A stretch of 64,000 nt of DNA from Psammoneis japonica. Lineage: Eukaryota. Where the stretch lies: contig QPGO01000163.1 of NCBI GenBank assembly GCA_008632985.1, positions 62,001 to 126,000 on the forward strand. The letters run 5' to 3'. Position numbers and translations under genes: made by a program. Positions 11,570 through 24,569 of this stretch are shown here, in pieces. The stretch's first letter is position 1. Each line of letters starts with the position of its first letter. Below the pieces are notes generated by a model, which was not told the DNA's origin, searched no databases, and worked only from the letters and a program-made list of their open reading frames with translations.

Positions 11570-14500
11570 ATGGCGCCGCGTGACCCATCGGTCACCGGTC
11601 TGTTGCAAGACAACAATGATTCTGACCTCAAGGAGGCCGCATTTGAATCTCTCTTTACCAACGGTTTTGGAGTGATTGATCGCAACGAGCGCAGCCGTGT
11701 CAAAGCGACAATCGAGATGGTGAAATCCAAGGTTCAGTTTCACCGGGATTCCACTTATGACCCCTCTCCGAATTGGATCGCGCTTGCCTGCGTGTGGCAA
11801 AAGCGCAAGGGCAGACCTCATTTTTTTGTAGAGCTGGTGGCTGTGAACCGCATTGTTGCAAAGGAACTTGGGTGCAAGAGCTTGCTGCACTTTCTTTCCT
11901 CAAAAGGATGGAGTCATTCCAGTCAAGGCGCCAAATTTCCTCATGCGTTGGAGCACCGCCGTGCTCCCAAAGCAGAGGATGTGAAAGTTGTCAGCGACAA
12001 AGCAAAATCAACAGACATCACTACGAACAAGATGGCCAAGATTTCCATGTTGTGCAAGCTTCTCCATGATCCCGGATTGTGCGACCCAAAGGGAGAGCCA
12101 CTTGTGAAGCACATCAAGCTGAGAAGTTTTGAAGGCAAGGTTTTGCATTTCGCACAATGCCTTCACATTGGTTTTTTGATTCTTTGTGACAAGATTCTAC
12201 TGCACGCACCTGAAAGGAATGGTGACTACGATCATTGGCTTTGCTCCCTGTTTGGCGAATGTGACAAGACATCGACTTACATCAACTTTTTGGAGAATTT
12301 CCTGGCTCTTGGTCACTGCGAGACAACCAAAGACGAAAGCCCCATGTCCTTCCCTGAGTTCGTAAAGTCGTTGTTCCGCCAACACAAAAGCTCTTGGGAA
12401 AAGCCTCTGCGACTGGCGATGCTCAATGTCGAGCGCGAACAAATGTGTGCAAGACATGTTGATGAGACTCTTTTACGATGTGTGAAAATCCATCGTGTGG
12501 TTTCCGTCGCTGACGATTCCGGCAAAAGCAAGGCTGCAAGGGATTGGTTTGAGCCCATGTGGAAAGCCAGGCTTCATGACTTTGCCACTCAGCACAAGAA
12601 GAAAGAAATCGGCAATGCAATTCCCTCTGCCATGAAAAATGCTGGGAAACGAAAAAATGAGAATGGCATGGATCCATCACATTGTTTGATTGATTGTTTG
12701 TCCTCCTCCTCTTGTCTCTAATTCTTTGATTCTTCTTGCCACCTCTTTGGCCGCCTCCCTTTGCTCCTCAAGCCCCAGTCTCAAAAACCCCAAACATGGC
12801 GCACCTTCTGACATTTCTCAGAACAAATCGCTGATTCTCCAAGATGCGCCGACTGTCGAGGAACAAACAGAACATTCCCGAACCAAGTGGCCGACCCTCG
12901 GCACCAGTGATCAGTCACCTCCTCCTCTGCCAGACAATTTCACAAAAGAAGAGCTTGATCAATTGTTTCCTGAACCTTCTCCATTCGCGATTCCGGGCGA
13001 GGCAAAGGCACAACATTCTCGCCTTTTTGCATTTGAGCAAACACCCGCTTCCGGTTCCTTTGAGGGGAACTGTGCTGAGCACCAGTTGTTCCACAGCATC
13101 TCCGAGTTCCACTTGGTGAACCACCTCCACAAGTTTTTGCATGGATTTGAAAACGGCATGTCTCCCAATGATCCGACGCAAGAATCGATGGTTGCAATTG
13201 CTCACCCGACCCAGTCGACCTCTCATTTTTCCGAAGCGGTCACTCATTTGTGCTGCACAGACAAGATTTGTCAGAAATGCTTTTTTGGATTGTGATTCAG
13301 TGTGTCGTCGACAGTCCGTCATGTGTTGGAACATGGCAAGGCAGATCACTCAAGGGATGGACCAGGATGCAAATTGCCCTGTCGGATGTGTTTTGGTTGT
13401 TGTGGCCAGAATTTTGAAGTCACAGAGGGTGAGTTAGCTGAAGTTGGACCTGCTCACAGGCCTGGTGCTGCATTTGGCAGGGATGATTGGGAGAAAATTC
13501 CCAAGGTTGTGCAGCCAATGATTGCCTCAATCTTGGATGCCGTGCAACTGTGCGAGGACGAAATGAATCTTGTTGCTCTGAAACTGATGCATTCCTTCCA
13601 TGACCCGTGCCGTGACAGTCTTTTCACGGCCGAGCTCCGTAAGATGGTTGGAGCCAAGCATTTTAGAAGGGAAGGCGTGGAAATTCAAGTGAAGTGCATC
13701 TCCTCGTCCGGTGGAAAAGCCGTGGATCCGAACACCGAGGCACACATTGACCAAGAGAATTGTGACAAGGATGGGTGCACTGCAACTTGTGCTCTTTGCA
13801 CCACACTCTGAGATGCTGTTGGTTGCTCTTGGTCGATGAAGGTTGTCTCCGCATCCAAAGGCAAGGCTGGCAACTGCGTCAATTCGGTGCATGCACATGC
13901 CGAGTTCCGATCGCGTGTGCAAGGGCATTTTGCAAAACTTGATCTGTCACATGCAGCAGAAATGATGAGTTGCCGTGGCCCTTGTCGTCCTCCCTGTGGA
14001 AAGCCAACCCACAGAAACATCAAAGATTGTTCCCAAACCAAGTGGCCGACCCTTGGTGCCAGTGATCAGTCACCTTCTCCTCTGCCAGACAATTTCACAA
14101 AAGATGATCTTGATCAATTGTTTCCTGAACCTTCTCCATTTGCAATTCCGGGTGAGGTGAAGGCACAACATTCTCACCTGGTTGCATTTGAGCAAACACC
14201 TGCTTCCGGTTCCTTTGAGGGGAACTGTGTTGAGCACCAGTCATTCCACAGCATCTCCGAATTCTACTTGGTGAATCACCTCCACAAGTTTTTGCATGGA
14301 TTTGAAAACGGCAGAGCTCCCAATGATCCGACGCAAGAATTGATGGTTGCGATTGCTCACCCGACCCAGTCGACCTCTCATTTTTCCGACGCGGTCACTT
14401 GTTTGCACTGCACGGACAAGATTTGTCAGAAATGCTTTTTTGGATTGCGATTCAGTGTGTCGTTGACAGTCCGTCATGTGTTGGAACATGGCAAGGCAGA

Positions 14501-17148
14501 CAACTCAAGGGATGGACCAGGATGCAAATTGCCCTGTCGGATCCGTTTTGGTTGTTGTGGCCAGAATTTCGAAGTCATGGAGGGTGAGTTAGCTGAAGTT
14601 GGACCTGCTCACAGGCCTGGTGCTGCATTTGGCAGGGATGATTGGGAGAAAATTCCCAAGGTTGTGCAGCTCATGATTGCCTCAATCTTGGATGCCATGC
14701 AACTGTGCGAGGATGAAATCAATCTTGTTGCTCTGAAACTGATGCGTTCCTTCCATGACCCGTGCCGTGACAGTCTTTTCGCGGCCGAGCTCTGTAAGAT
14801 GGTTGGAGCCGAGCATTTTAGAAGGGAAGGCGTGGAAATTTAAGTCAAGTGCAAGTGCATCTCCTCGTCCAGCGAAAAAGCCGTGAATCCAAACACCGAG
14901 GTGCACATTGACCAAGAGAATTGTGACTTGGATGGGTGCACCACGACTTGTGCTCTTTGCACCACACTGGGAGATGCTGTTGGTCACTCTTGGTCGATGA
15001 AGGTTATCTCCGCATCCAAAGGCAAGGCTGGCAACTGTGTCAATTCGGCACATGGGCATGCCGAGTTCCGATCGCGTGTGCATGGGCATTTCGCAAAACT
15101 TGATCTGTCACATGCCGCAGAAATGATGAGTTACCGTGGCCCTTGTTGTCCTCCGTGTGGGAAGCCAACCCACAAAAACATCAAAGATTTTTTCCTTGAC
15201 CCTCACTCTGTGTGGGTTCAAGAGAAAATTGGCAAGCCAAATCTTCCATCCGACACAGCCAAGCATCCCGTCATCGTCATGCGGAGGAAACGTCTTCCAT
15301 TTGCCATTGTGAAAGACTTCAATTTCTCGTGCGGTTGTTCGGCCATCATTGACAACCTCGATGAGGTTGGTGTGCATGATTGCTTTTGTTGCGCCGTTGT
15401 GGGTGGGTGTCAAACCGGATTCTCCCGTTTTCACCACTTGTTGTGCAACACAGATGGTGTGAAACGTCCTTTTGAGGCTGGCGATCGTGTCCCACATTAC
15501 TTCAGAGAAGCCACTGGGCTTTTTGGCAGCATTGTGGGGGATCGCAATGACCGACGCATGCAGAGCCCGGGACTCGATTTCAAGGAGGTTCATGTGGCAG
15601 AGTGCGGGACGAAACTTAATGGTGTGATGGACTTGATTGTCGGCGGACTGGTTGCCATCATTGACTGGATCAATGACAATGTGGGAAAGCCCGCGTTTGA
15701 CCACAAGGCAATCAAGGATGTGTTCAAAACCGTGGTCCAAACATGGGATCATGCGGGTGCTGATTGTGGAGAGTTCAGATGCATGAACTCAATGCAGATG
15801 TTGATGCTGTGTGGCACAGGGATCCATCCTCACCCTGACCTTTGTAATCTTGTCTATCCGGCAGCCAAGTTGGGAGCGGCAAAGCAAATGGAGGAAATGA
15901 AGGTCCCGGTGGAGGAGCGCGATTTACTCTTGGAACGGACAGAGGGTGATTTTGATTTGCAAGACTGTGGAAAGAATGGTCCGGAGTCTTTGCCATGCGA
16001 CCTGAGTGCAGCTTGTGAAAAGATGGGAATCTGCAATGTCTTTTGGATCAGCGCAATTTACTCTTGGAATGGACACAGGGTGATTTTGATTTGCAAGACT
16101 GTGGAAAGAATGGTCCAGAGTCTTTGCTCTGTGACCTGAGTGCAGCTCGTGAAAAGATGGGAATCTGCAACGTCTTTTGTTGCGGACAGCATCCATTGCT
16201 CCTGTTCTCTGATGGGCAAACAATGATCAAGCGGTTTGGAATGTAAGAATGGGAGCCAGTCCCACTCGTGTCGATTGATGAAGTTCGACACAAACTTGAA
16301 CGGCAAAGGTTGAAGAGGACTCAAGCGAGTTAGGAGATTGCATCGCAAGTGATGAAACTTGCGGGGAAACACACAATGCACTGTGGTTGGGGATGACACG
16401 TCCGCTCAATGCAAGGCAGCCATCTTCTCAAGAATTGTGCTCTGAGAGGGGGGTGGCCTTAGTGTCGTCCGACCAACAGAGGCGAGACGAGGCACGCGCC
16501 ATGGCATTTGAGGAATCTGACAAAACGGTTGAAAATGTTGTTCTGACTGTTTCTCTCCAAGACAGCCATCCAGATCTGCACTTAAATTGCAATGTGAAAG
16601 CAAGAGATTTCATCAAGAGAGTCAAGCGGCACTTTGAGAAAATTGTTGATTTCGACAATCATGGGTTTGACCAAATCATGTTGGACTGCTGCTGGATGCC
16701 AGATGGAGAGTGGCGCGACACTCGTTTTGGGAATGCTCAATTTTTCCAGAATCTGATGGACCTTCGTGGCTTGCTCTCAAAAAAGAAAGAAGGGGGGGAT
16801 GTGGTGATTCCCTTTGCTCTTGTAACCTTCTTGCAGGTTGTCAAACAATGGGAGAAATTGTCTGCGGTGTTCAACATTTGCACAATGAACAGTGATGTTG
16901 CAAAGGACAACGCAAGTCTGTTCTTTACAAGTGACCTCATTGCCCAAGAACAACGAGAACGGTGGTTGGGAAAGCCTTCTGATCAGGAAGAAGCTCATCT
17001 TGGAGTTTCAGAAGAAGACATCAGAATGAAAGCAGCAGAAAGTGTTCGCACGGCACTGCTTCACGTGTGCCGCAACGAGTTGTGCAATTCAGACAGGATC
17101 AAATTCTTCATGTTTGACACAAAAGAGTTGGGAAATCACTGTGAGTGA
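11570..17148 (+). pseudogene. Large cargo ORF(s) of copy A with TET/JBP-like HxD, HhH-like and SAM-methyltransferase-like segments
   Basis: Chain of long ORFs (11417, 12690, 13302, 13836, 14883, 16387) homologous to copy B; motifs HIDQENCDKDG, GEFRCMNSMQM...YPAAKLGA, FDQIMLDCCWMP. Confidence 0.6.
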
Positions 17149-17169
17149 ATGTCAGAATGACACACGAGT

Positions 17170-19130
17170 CCCATTTTAGAAACAAATCTGACCAACACTT
17201 CCTTCTGTCCTGTGTGGCCCAAACAAATGTGGCCTTTTCTTGCGCTTCCACTGCTCCTGGATGTTCTTCATAAACCAAATCATTGTCACCAATTGCTTCG
17301 ACAGGGACCACCCGTAACTTGGGTGAGTGCTGGGTGTTGTCAGGCATAGAAAGCCAGTTGTTTCGTTTGTGATCAAGCTGCCAGCGACTGACCAGCTCTG
17401 TGTGCTGAAACCTTTGCCTCACAGTTCTTTGGTCAGCCTGACAAGCACTTGGATGGACCACTGCAAAAATTGATCCTGTGTCTTCCTGTTGGATGAAACA
17501 CAGCAAAAGGGAGGGAAACTGTTGATCGCCCTTTCGTGTCTCAAAGGACACACAGGCACAGTCATGCCATGGGCCTTCGCTTTTGTAATCTGGGTGTGCA
17601 TGGTGTGCATCCCTCCCGTTTGCATTGTAAGATACGTTGTGTTGCTTAAAGTGATGCAAGATGCCCAACCATTGTCATCGTTGGCCTTGGTTTGCACTTG
17701 TTGGATGTCAAGTCCACGGATAAACTCGCATTCAATCCATGGGTTGTCAAGTTTGTTGAAACCAGTGAGGCAAAAACGACAGCAACGTTGATGACAATTG
17801 TGACCTCCGCATCGTCCTACGAGGCAGTCAGTCGCCGCTTTTTGCATCTCCTGTGATCAGAAAGATCATTGGGATTACGCGGAGGTGTCGCATCTCATCA
17901 CCTCATCGCACGCATGTTTTCATGCTGCCTTTTCTCATTGCTTCCAAAAGTGGATCCAAAACAACACACGCAAGCAAGTGTGGCAGTCTCTTGACAAGCG
18001 TCCCTTCTCCGCCTTGCGATTGTTTGAGAGACTCTTTGCCGCCGCCGACAAAATCTTTTCCAAATCAGGCAGATGACCAATTGGTTTCCAGACACTCTTG
18101 TCTGACCATTTGTTGAAGGCAACATGCGCAGAGATCATGATCGCTGGTTCTCCGCAATGTGATCCCATCCTTTGTGTCCACCGGTCTTGTCAACGTAAAT
18201 GACAAGACACTCAAGAAATTGTTTCTCCAGGTCAGTCATCCGTTCTTTGCAACTACGCCTGTGCCACTCACCCACCAAAATGCACTTGTCATCTGGTCCC
18301 TTCACTTTGCACTTCCCAAAAGGATTGTCTGGATTGGCCAGATTCTCTCTGCTGCACCACAGGTGAGGATCGAGCAAATGCTGTTCCCAAACCTTTGTGA
18401 AATCCCATCTTGGCACTGACACTCGACAGGAATAGACTCGCTGGGTGGGAGAGGGAAATGCTTAGACATCAACTCTTTTCTCCTTGGCAGAACTGCACCA
18501 AGCTTGATGTTGCTGTTCCCAGTGTGCCTCTCAATGAAATCAACAATGCAGTTGCACAACTCCAGGGGAGCACCACGTGTGTCCATGAGCTTCTTGCACA
18601 ACTCTGCGCAAGCTCCGTCAACATTGGTCAAAGAGGGAGTGGAAGCCAAGGCCTCATCACCTGGAGCGTGATGCCCAGACCCCAAACGTTGGTCGTCATC
18701 GACAATGTCCTCTTCCTCCAGCATTGTCACGTCCAACACTGCAGCAAAGGATTGAGCACCGGCAACATCCAAATCGTTCATTGCTAAAAATTCATCTCCA
18801 TTCACACTGTGGTTTGATGAAACAGAGGACAGGTCATCCATTCCATGCGGTTTGTCATTCGGGGAGGGGAACAAGGGGCTGCTGCTCCGGCCACTCATTG
18901 CAGTTCTTGGGAATCCACTACAAGCAGAGCGCCTCGGATGGGATTTGTCGTCATCAGAGGACGATGAGGAAGAACTGCTGCTTTCTTCAAGTGGCCCCTC
19001 TGTTGTGCCTGGAATGTCGCTTGGATCTGGGATTGGATCTTGTGTTTGCAACTCTTGGGTGACTGAGCAACACGTTGGTGAGAATCTCCAATGGCAGGAC
19101 ATTCGTAAAAAACTTTTGCCACACCCGGGA
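17170..19130 (-). pseudogene. Plavaka-like transposase of copy A, deleted internally
   Basis: Homologous to 38710-41955; LVIYVDKTG, DCLVGRCGGH...CCRFC, HAHPDYKSEGPWHD. Confidence 0.75.
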
Positions 19131-19605
19131 CAGAGAAGAGTGTTTCCATCAATTGTTGATCTCTGACATTGACAGGGCCTTCATCCAGACTCATGCTCGT
19201 CGTCCTTGTCTTGTGCATGAGAAGGAAAAAGAAGAACTGCACACAAAAAATGGCGGGAAATTGGCAAACATCACACAATCTTCCAGATTGGCATGATTGT
19301 CATGGGAATGACGTGTCTGTAGTTTGACTTTTTAATCTGGCACTCACAATGAATGTTGCACTTCTGAATTGCCATTGAAATGCAGGATGTTGCCTCCATT
19401 GAAAAGCAATGACAGCCGCATCAAAAAGCAAGTTTGACCATTTGTTGTTTTGTGTGCACACATTTTCAAATTTCAATGTCACTGACAACAATTTGTGCAA
19501 TGTCACAGAGAAAAATAGAGTGGCTGTATGTCTCGACACGACCCAAACGACGGTTGCACACTCAAACAGCAACACTCCTCTCATTGTTGCCGTGAAAAGA
19601 TCAAG

Positions 19606-20895
19606 ATGTCGTCCCCAGCACCGCCGGCAAAGAAGAGAAAGAAAAATGAGGCCATCAAGCCGATGAGCCCGAGGCTTCAGGCAGTGTTGAAGAGAACAGG
19701 CACGCAGGCAGCGCATGGTGCAATGAAATCAGAAGTAGAGAAGGTGGCCAGAAATGATCTCTTTCCGCAGGTGAAGTTTCTCAGTCCGTCAGAATTGGCA
19801 AGCAATGGGGACGTCTCAATGTTTGTCAAGAAACAGATTGCTGGTGGCAATGTGGACACCACAAATTGGTCAGGAACGTGGGAGGAATGGGCAAAAAAGG
19901 CGGTAAACAGGCAAATTAACAATTGCAGAAACACGGTGTGTTTGGCTGTTGGGGTGGAGGCAATGGCCCGTAAGTTAAGTGAAAAACATGTGTGAGTCAA
20001 GAGTTGCATGCATCTCACAAGAACATGACTGTGATGCTTTATCTTCAAAGGCATTGTCACTGAGGAAGATGGAAAGGAAAAAGAAAAGAAACTTAAGACG
20101 GCAAGGAGGAGAAAGCAAGGCAGGAAAAAGTCGAGACGTGACAAGAATGAAGAAGAAGATGTCCTGTTTGTGCCGACATGGGATCCGTTCAGCCTGGAGA
20201 CTGTCACCGGCGGTAAACAAAGGAACAAGCAGGCGTGCAAGTGGTTCTGTGATCACATCCTGCCTCACACCAAGCAAAAGCAGGCATGGAGCAGTGCCAT
20301 CAAAACTGGGAATGCAGAGGTCGCACAGTTGTTTACGGTCAGTGATGAAGCTTTGGTGCCAACAGCCATGGAGAATTGTTGGCAGGTGTGGGTGCACAGG
20401 AACAAGGAGGAGGCGGTGGAAGAATTGGGTGAGGAAATGGATCCCGAAGAAGAAAAACCTGCCCTTCAACACACGAAGCCAAACAAACAACGAGTGTCTT
20501 GGGGAGACAAAGGGATCAAAAAGTTCAACGAATTCCACCAAGAGGTGACAAAAGACAGAGACTCCAAGGAGGGCAAGGAGTTTGAAAAGTGGTGTGCGGA
20601 GATCAAAAAAAGCAAGTGCGACAAGTCCAGAGAAGCAAAGAAGAAGAAGAAAGCACCGACTGGTGGCACGGAGAAGGCAAAGGCATTGAACAGCCTGACG
20701 GTGGAGAGCAGCAGCAACAACAACAGTGACGAAGAGGAAGGCGCAAAAGGCAAAACGAACGACAGAGGAGAAGAGACCGACAAAACCGAGTCCGATGATG
20801 ATCCTCAGCTTAGTTTTAGAGAGTTGTGGGAAGAAAATGTGCATGTGGTCAACACAGCACTCGGTCATTGCACTACAAATGTAACAAGGGATTGA
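19606..20895 (+). pseudogene. Accessory ORF3 of copy A, two exons (19606-19969, 20051-20895)
   Basis: GTAAGT donor at 19970 and AG acceptor at 20049-20050 join ORFs 19528 and 20170 in frame; motifs LFPQVKFL and FTVSDEAL...MENCW. Confidence 0.65.
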
Positions 20896-21654
20896 CTTGG
20901 CCAATGAAGTGCTTTTCTCTTTTGAAATGATGTTTGCGAAAATGACAAACCAAGGATTGTGTCGCAATGCAATCACGTTTTGGCACATGGCAACAAGGTG
21001 GAGGCAGACATGGTGATGTGGATGTGGTGAAAAACAGCACGCACAATTGTCAATGAATTGTTGCCACACAGGCACAGCAAACTTGTGACCAGAGGCAGGC
21101 CAGTCACCACATGATGAAAATTTGTCATCACATGTCAGTCAATTGTCATTAAATAAATCTGCACATTGTCAACATTTCATGCACTCTGATGTTGCACTTT
21201 GACCCCCCAAACCATGTTCCCCTGCAGGTGCTTGTGAGGGTTTGATTCTTCTTTCATTGTGGTGCTTGGCTTTTTCATGAAAATGTCGACGATTGAAAAT
21301 CTGGCTCGGCCAAGCTGAGTCCCAGCAGAATTTGCACTGAAGTCAACGGCCCACCAGAAATTGCACGCAAACATTTGGCCAGCACCTCAAGTGCACAGCA
21401 AACGAGACTTCACGGAAATGCATGGAACAAGCCATTTTTCTCACATTCCGCTGAACTGTTCTGCAAGAAATGCGAGGCCATTTTTGCATGTTTCGTGGAG
21501 GACCATTTTCACGGAAGGAGATGCTCAAGGAACGTGAAAAGCATGTTCCGTGTGACAATCATTCTCTTTGCATTCCATGATGACAAACGCAATGCACTGA
21601 CCCACATTTGAACACTGTCAGCATTCCGTCACATGTGCATCAGCAGCGTGGAGT

Positions 21655-22045
21655 GATGTGTTCCAGCTCCAGGTGGGACCTCGTGCTGCTGAACTGTGAC
21701 ATCGACAGTTTTTTTGGATTGCACTGCATGTCGTGCACACACATTTCTACGTGACTTTGGTGTGATTTTGCATCATTTTGTGGTGCACTCATTGAGCGAT
21801 CTGTCCAACAACTTTTGACATTGTTTGTTGCAGCGCAATTCCATGAGGTCTTAAGAATTGCGCAGGGCAGGCGCATTTGCGAAAACGTCAATGCGCAATG
21901 GGCACAGTTGCACCACAAACTTGGTCATGTGTTTGATGTTGAAGACAAAAATGTGCATTAATTGAATTCTCATGCTGCAGAGCTTGCACGTAGAATTCTG
22001 CAGGCCCAATGTCACAAAAAGTCCCACCTGGGACTGGAACCCATC
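21655..22045 (+). mobile_element. MITE, GAC-terminus family, subfamily B copy 3 (flanks do not match)
   Basis: Decayed termini GATGTGTTCCAG...CTGGAACCCATC; interior matches the reverse complement of 24181-24569; flanks GAGT / TGCC. Confidence 0.85.
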
Positions 22046-23124
22046 TGCCACTGCATTCGCAGTGGTTGCCATTCCTGTGGAGCCAAATGTTGAGTTCGGC
22101 ATGGCACGGGAAGAAACCTTCGGCATGCAAGCAATTGGCAAAGCGCTCATGCCACCTGAGGCCAGAGCTGCAGAGTCCGCACAAAGCCTTGTGGATGACA
22201 AGGATGTGTCCCTCCAACTCGCCAAATTCGGGGCCTGCAATGATGTGCTGGTGGCTTCAAGACAGGTGTTCCCAGTGTCAGTCACCCAGGTCTCCAGGTC
22301 ATTGAGTTCTGCCAGGAAGATCATCATTTGCAGGCCACAGACAGACACTGCTCCAGAATGGACACCATCAATGGGTGCATCTGTGAGGTGTCCATTGGCA
22401 ACAAGTTGTGATTTGTGCCATCCATCATGTTTGACATCATGGACGAGATGCACTCTGATCTTCTCATGTCCTGGTGGGGTGCCACAGTCCTTGTGATGTC
22501 TGCAGTCATGGAAGACCTCACACTCATCAAGTTTGGTCATCTCAAGGTCCATTGCATCTCCCCACTTGCAGCTGCCATTGTGCTCATTGAGGGCCAAGGC
22601 ATGCTCACAGTCCCGGGGTGCTTCGAACCCGCACTTGTGTTGCAGCGCAGCACAAAAGGAGTGCAACTTGGCTTGGTTGGCCATGCGGAACAGCTTCTTT
22701 TGGCACAGAGCTGCAGTCTGGAAGCATTTCCAGCTGTCGGCTCATGTGCATGAATGACGCAAGTGACGAGATTGTCCTTGGCAATGATGTCAAGGGGTTT
22801 AGATGTGATCTCCCCATTCTCCCATTCAAGCATGACATTGTGGCTTGAGCCTTTCCATGAGAAGTCATGGGGTCTCAATGGTCCTTCATGTGAGACAATG
22901 CATTGGAACTTCCAGAGGGCAGAATCCTTGTCTTCTTGCTCAATGCGGTGCATGATGTCATTGCAGGCAAGGACCTCCTTGCATTCATCATTGTTGACAG
23001 AGTCTCCTGTTTTCCTGTGTCATGGTCTTCAACGGCTTTGATGATGCGGGCTCTGTGGCACTGTCCATCCTCTTGTGGCTTCATGAAAGAGGTGTGTCCG
23101 ATGATGTCCTCAGGGTCAAACACC
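22046..23124 (-). mobile_element. Decayed Ty1/copia (CoDi-like) pol fragment
   Basis: WKGSSHNVMLEWENGEIT, KIRVHLVHDVKHDGWHKSQLVANGHLT, DTGNTCLEA, KALCGLCSSG. Confidence 0.9.
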
Positions 23125-23985
23125 TCACAGTTGTTTGCGGTCAGTGACGAAGCTTTGGCGCCATTGGCCATGGAGAATTGTTGGCAGGTGTGGGCGCACA
23201 GGAACAAGGAGGAGGCGGTGGAAGAATTGGGTGAGGAAATGGATCCCGAAGAAGAAAAACCTGCCCCTCAATGCACGAAGCCAAACAAACAACGAGTGTC
23301 TTGGGGAGACAAAGGGATCAAAAAGTTCAACGAGTTCTGCCAAGAGGTGACAAAAGACAGAGACTCCAAGGAGGGCAAGGAGTTTGAAAAGTGGCATGCG
23401 GAGATCAAAAAAAGCAAGTACGACAAGTCTGGAGAAGCAAAGAAGAAGAAGAAGAAAGCACCGACCGGTGGTGCGGAGAAGGCAAAGGCATTGAACAGCC
23501 TGACGGTGGAGAGCAACAGCAACGAAGAGGAAGGCGCAAAAGGTGTGACGAACAATGAAGGAGAAGAGACAGACAAAACCGAGTCAGATGATGATCCTTG
23601 GCTCAGTTTAAGAGAGATGTGGGAAGAAAATGTGTGTGCAGTTAACATGGCACTCGGTCATTGCACTGCAAATGTGACAAGGGTTTGACTCAACCGATGA
23701 AATGCTTTTCTCTTTTGAAATGATGTTTGTGAAAATTGACAAACCAAGGATTGTGTCGCAATGCAATCACGTTTTGGCACATGGCAACAAGGTGGAGGCA
23801 GACATGGTGATGTGGATGCAGTGAAAAACAGCACACACAATTGTCAACAAATTGTTGCCACACAGGCACAGCAAACTTGCAACCAGAGGCAGGCCTGTCA
23901 CCATGTGATAAAAATTTATTGTCATGTGTCAATTGATTGTCATCAAACAAATCTGGACATTGTTGACATTTCGTGCACTCTGATG
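23125..23985. mobile_element. Right-end fragment of a third Plavaka-like copy
   Basis: Homologous to 20325-21191 and 43230-44107; ends in TIR GTGCACTCTGATG, followed by AC. Confidence 0.88.
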
Positions 23986-24180
23986 ACTTGGGAGAATGGA
24001 TGCGCCATCCTTCAACATCATCCACACCCATGCTGGCACCCTCCACACCATGCTTTTCCATGATGTGGTTTGTTGTTGTGCATCACAATTTTGTTCTCCT
24101 GCAATTGCTTTTGTTTCACACTTTTCCTTTCTGTGCAAGAGTGCATTTTCACAAGGGTTCGCCACCTTTCTCTTGCTGAC

Positions 24181-24569
24181 GACGGGTTCCAGTCCCAGGT
24201 GGGACTTTTTGTGACATTTGCCCCGCAGAATTCTGCGTGCGAGCTCTGCAGTTCGTACTCTGGTTGGTGGGTGCATTTGTCTTCGACATGAAATAAATGG
24301 CCAAGTTTGCAGCACATGCACCTCTGTTCGTACTCAAAGTTTTGGACAGTGCGCCTGCCCTGCGCCATTCTTAAGACACTCGAGAATGGCGCAGAACAAA
24401 AAAATGTTAAAAGTTGTTGAATGGATCACCTGATGATTGCACCATAAAATGACGCAAAATTTCACCAAAATCATGTAGAAATGTACGTGCGCGACATACG
24501 ACGCGATTCAAAAAACTGTCGATGTCACAGTTCAGCAGCACGAGGTCCCACCTGGACCTGGAACGCGTC
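24181..24569 (-). mobile_element. MITE, GAC-terminus family, subfamily B copy 4 (389 bp, inverted)
   Basis: GACGGGTTCCAG...CTGGAACGCGTC with 4-bp TSD TGAC at 24177-24180 and 24570-24573. Confidence 0.92.

Larger units (their letters stand above)
10487..21191. mobile_element. Plavaka/CACTA-like DNA transposon, copy A (internally rearranged)
   Basis: TIRs CATCAGAGTGCA (10487) and TGCACTCTGATG (ends 21191); colinear with 33391-44107; internal duplications (~12870-14026 / 14027-15190 and ~15917-16177) and a transposase deletion near 17640. Confidence 0.88.
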
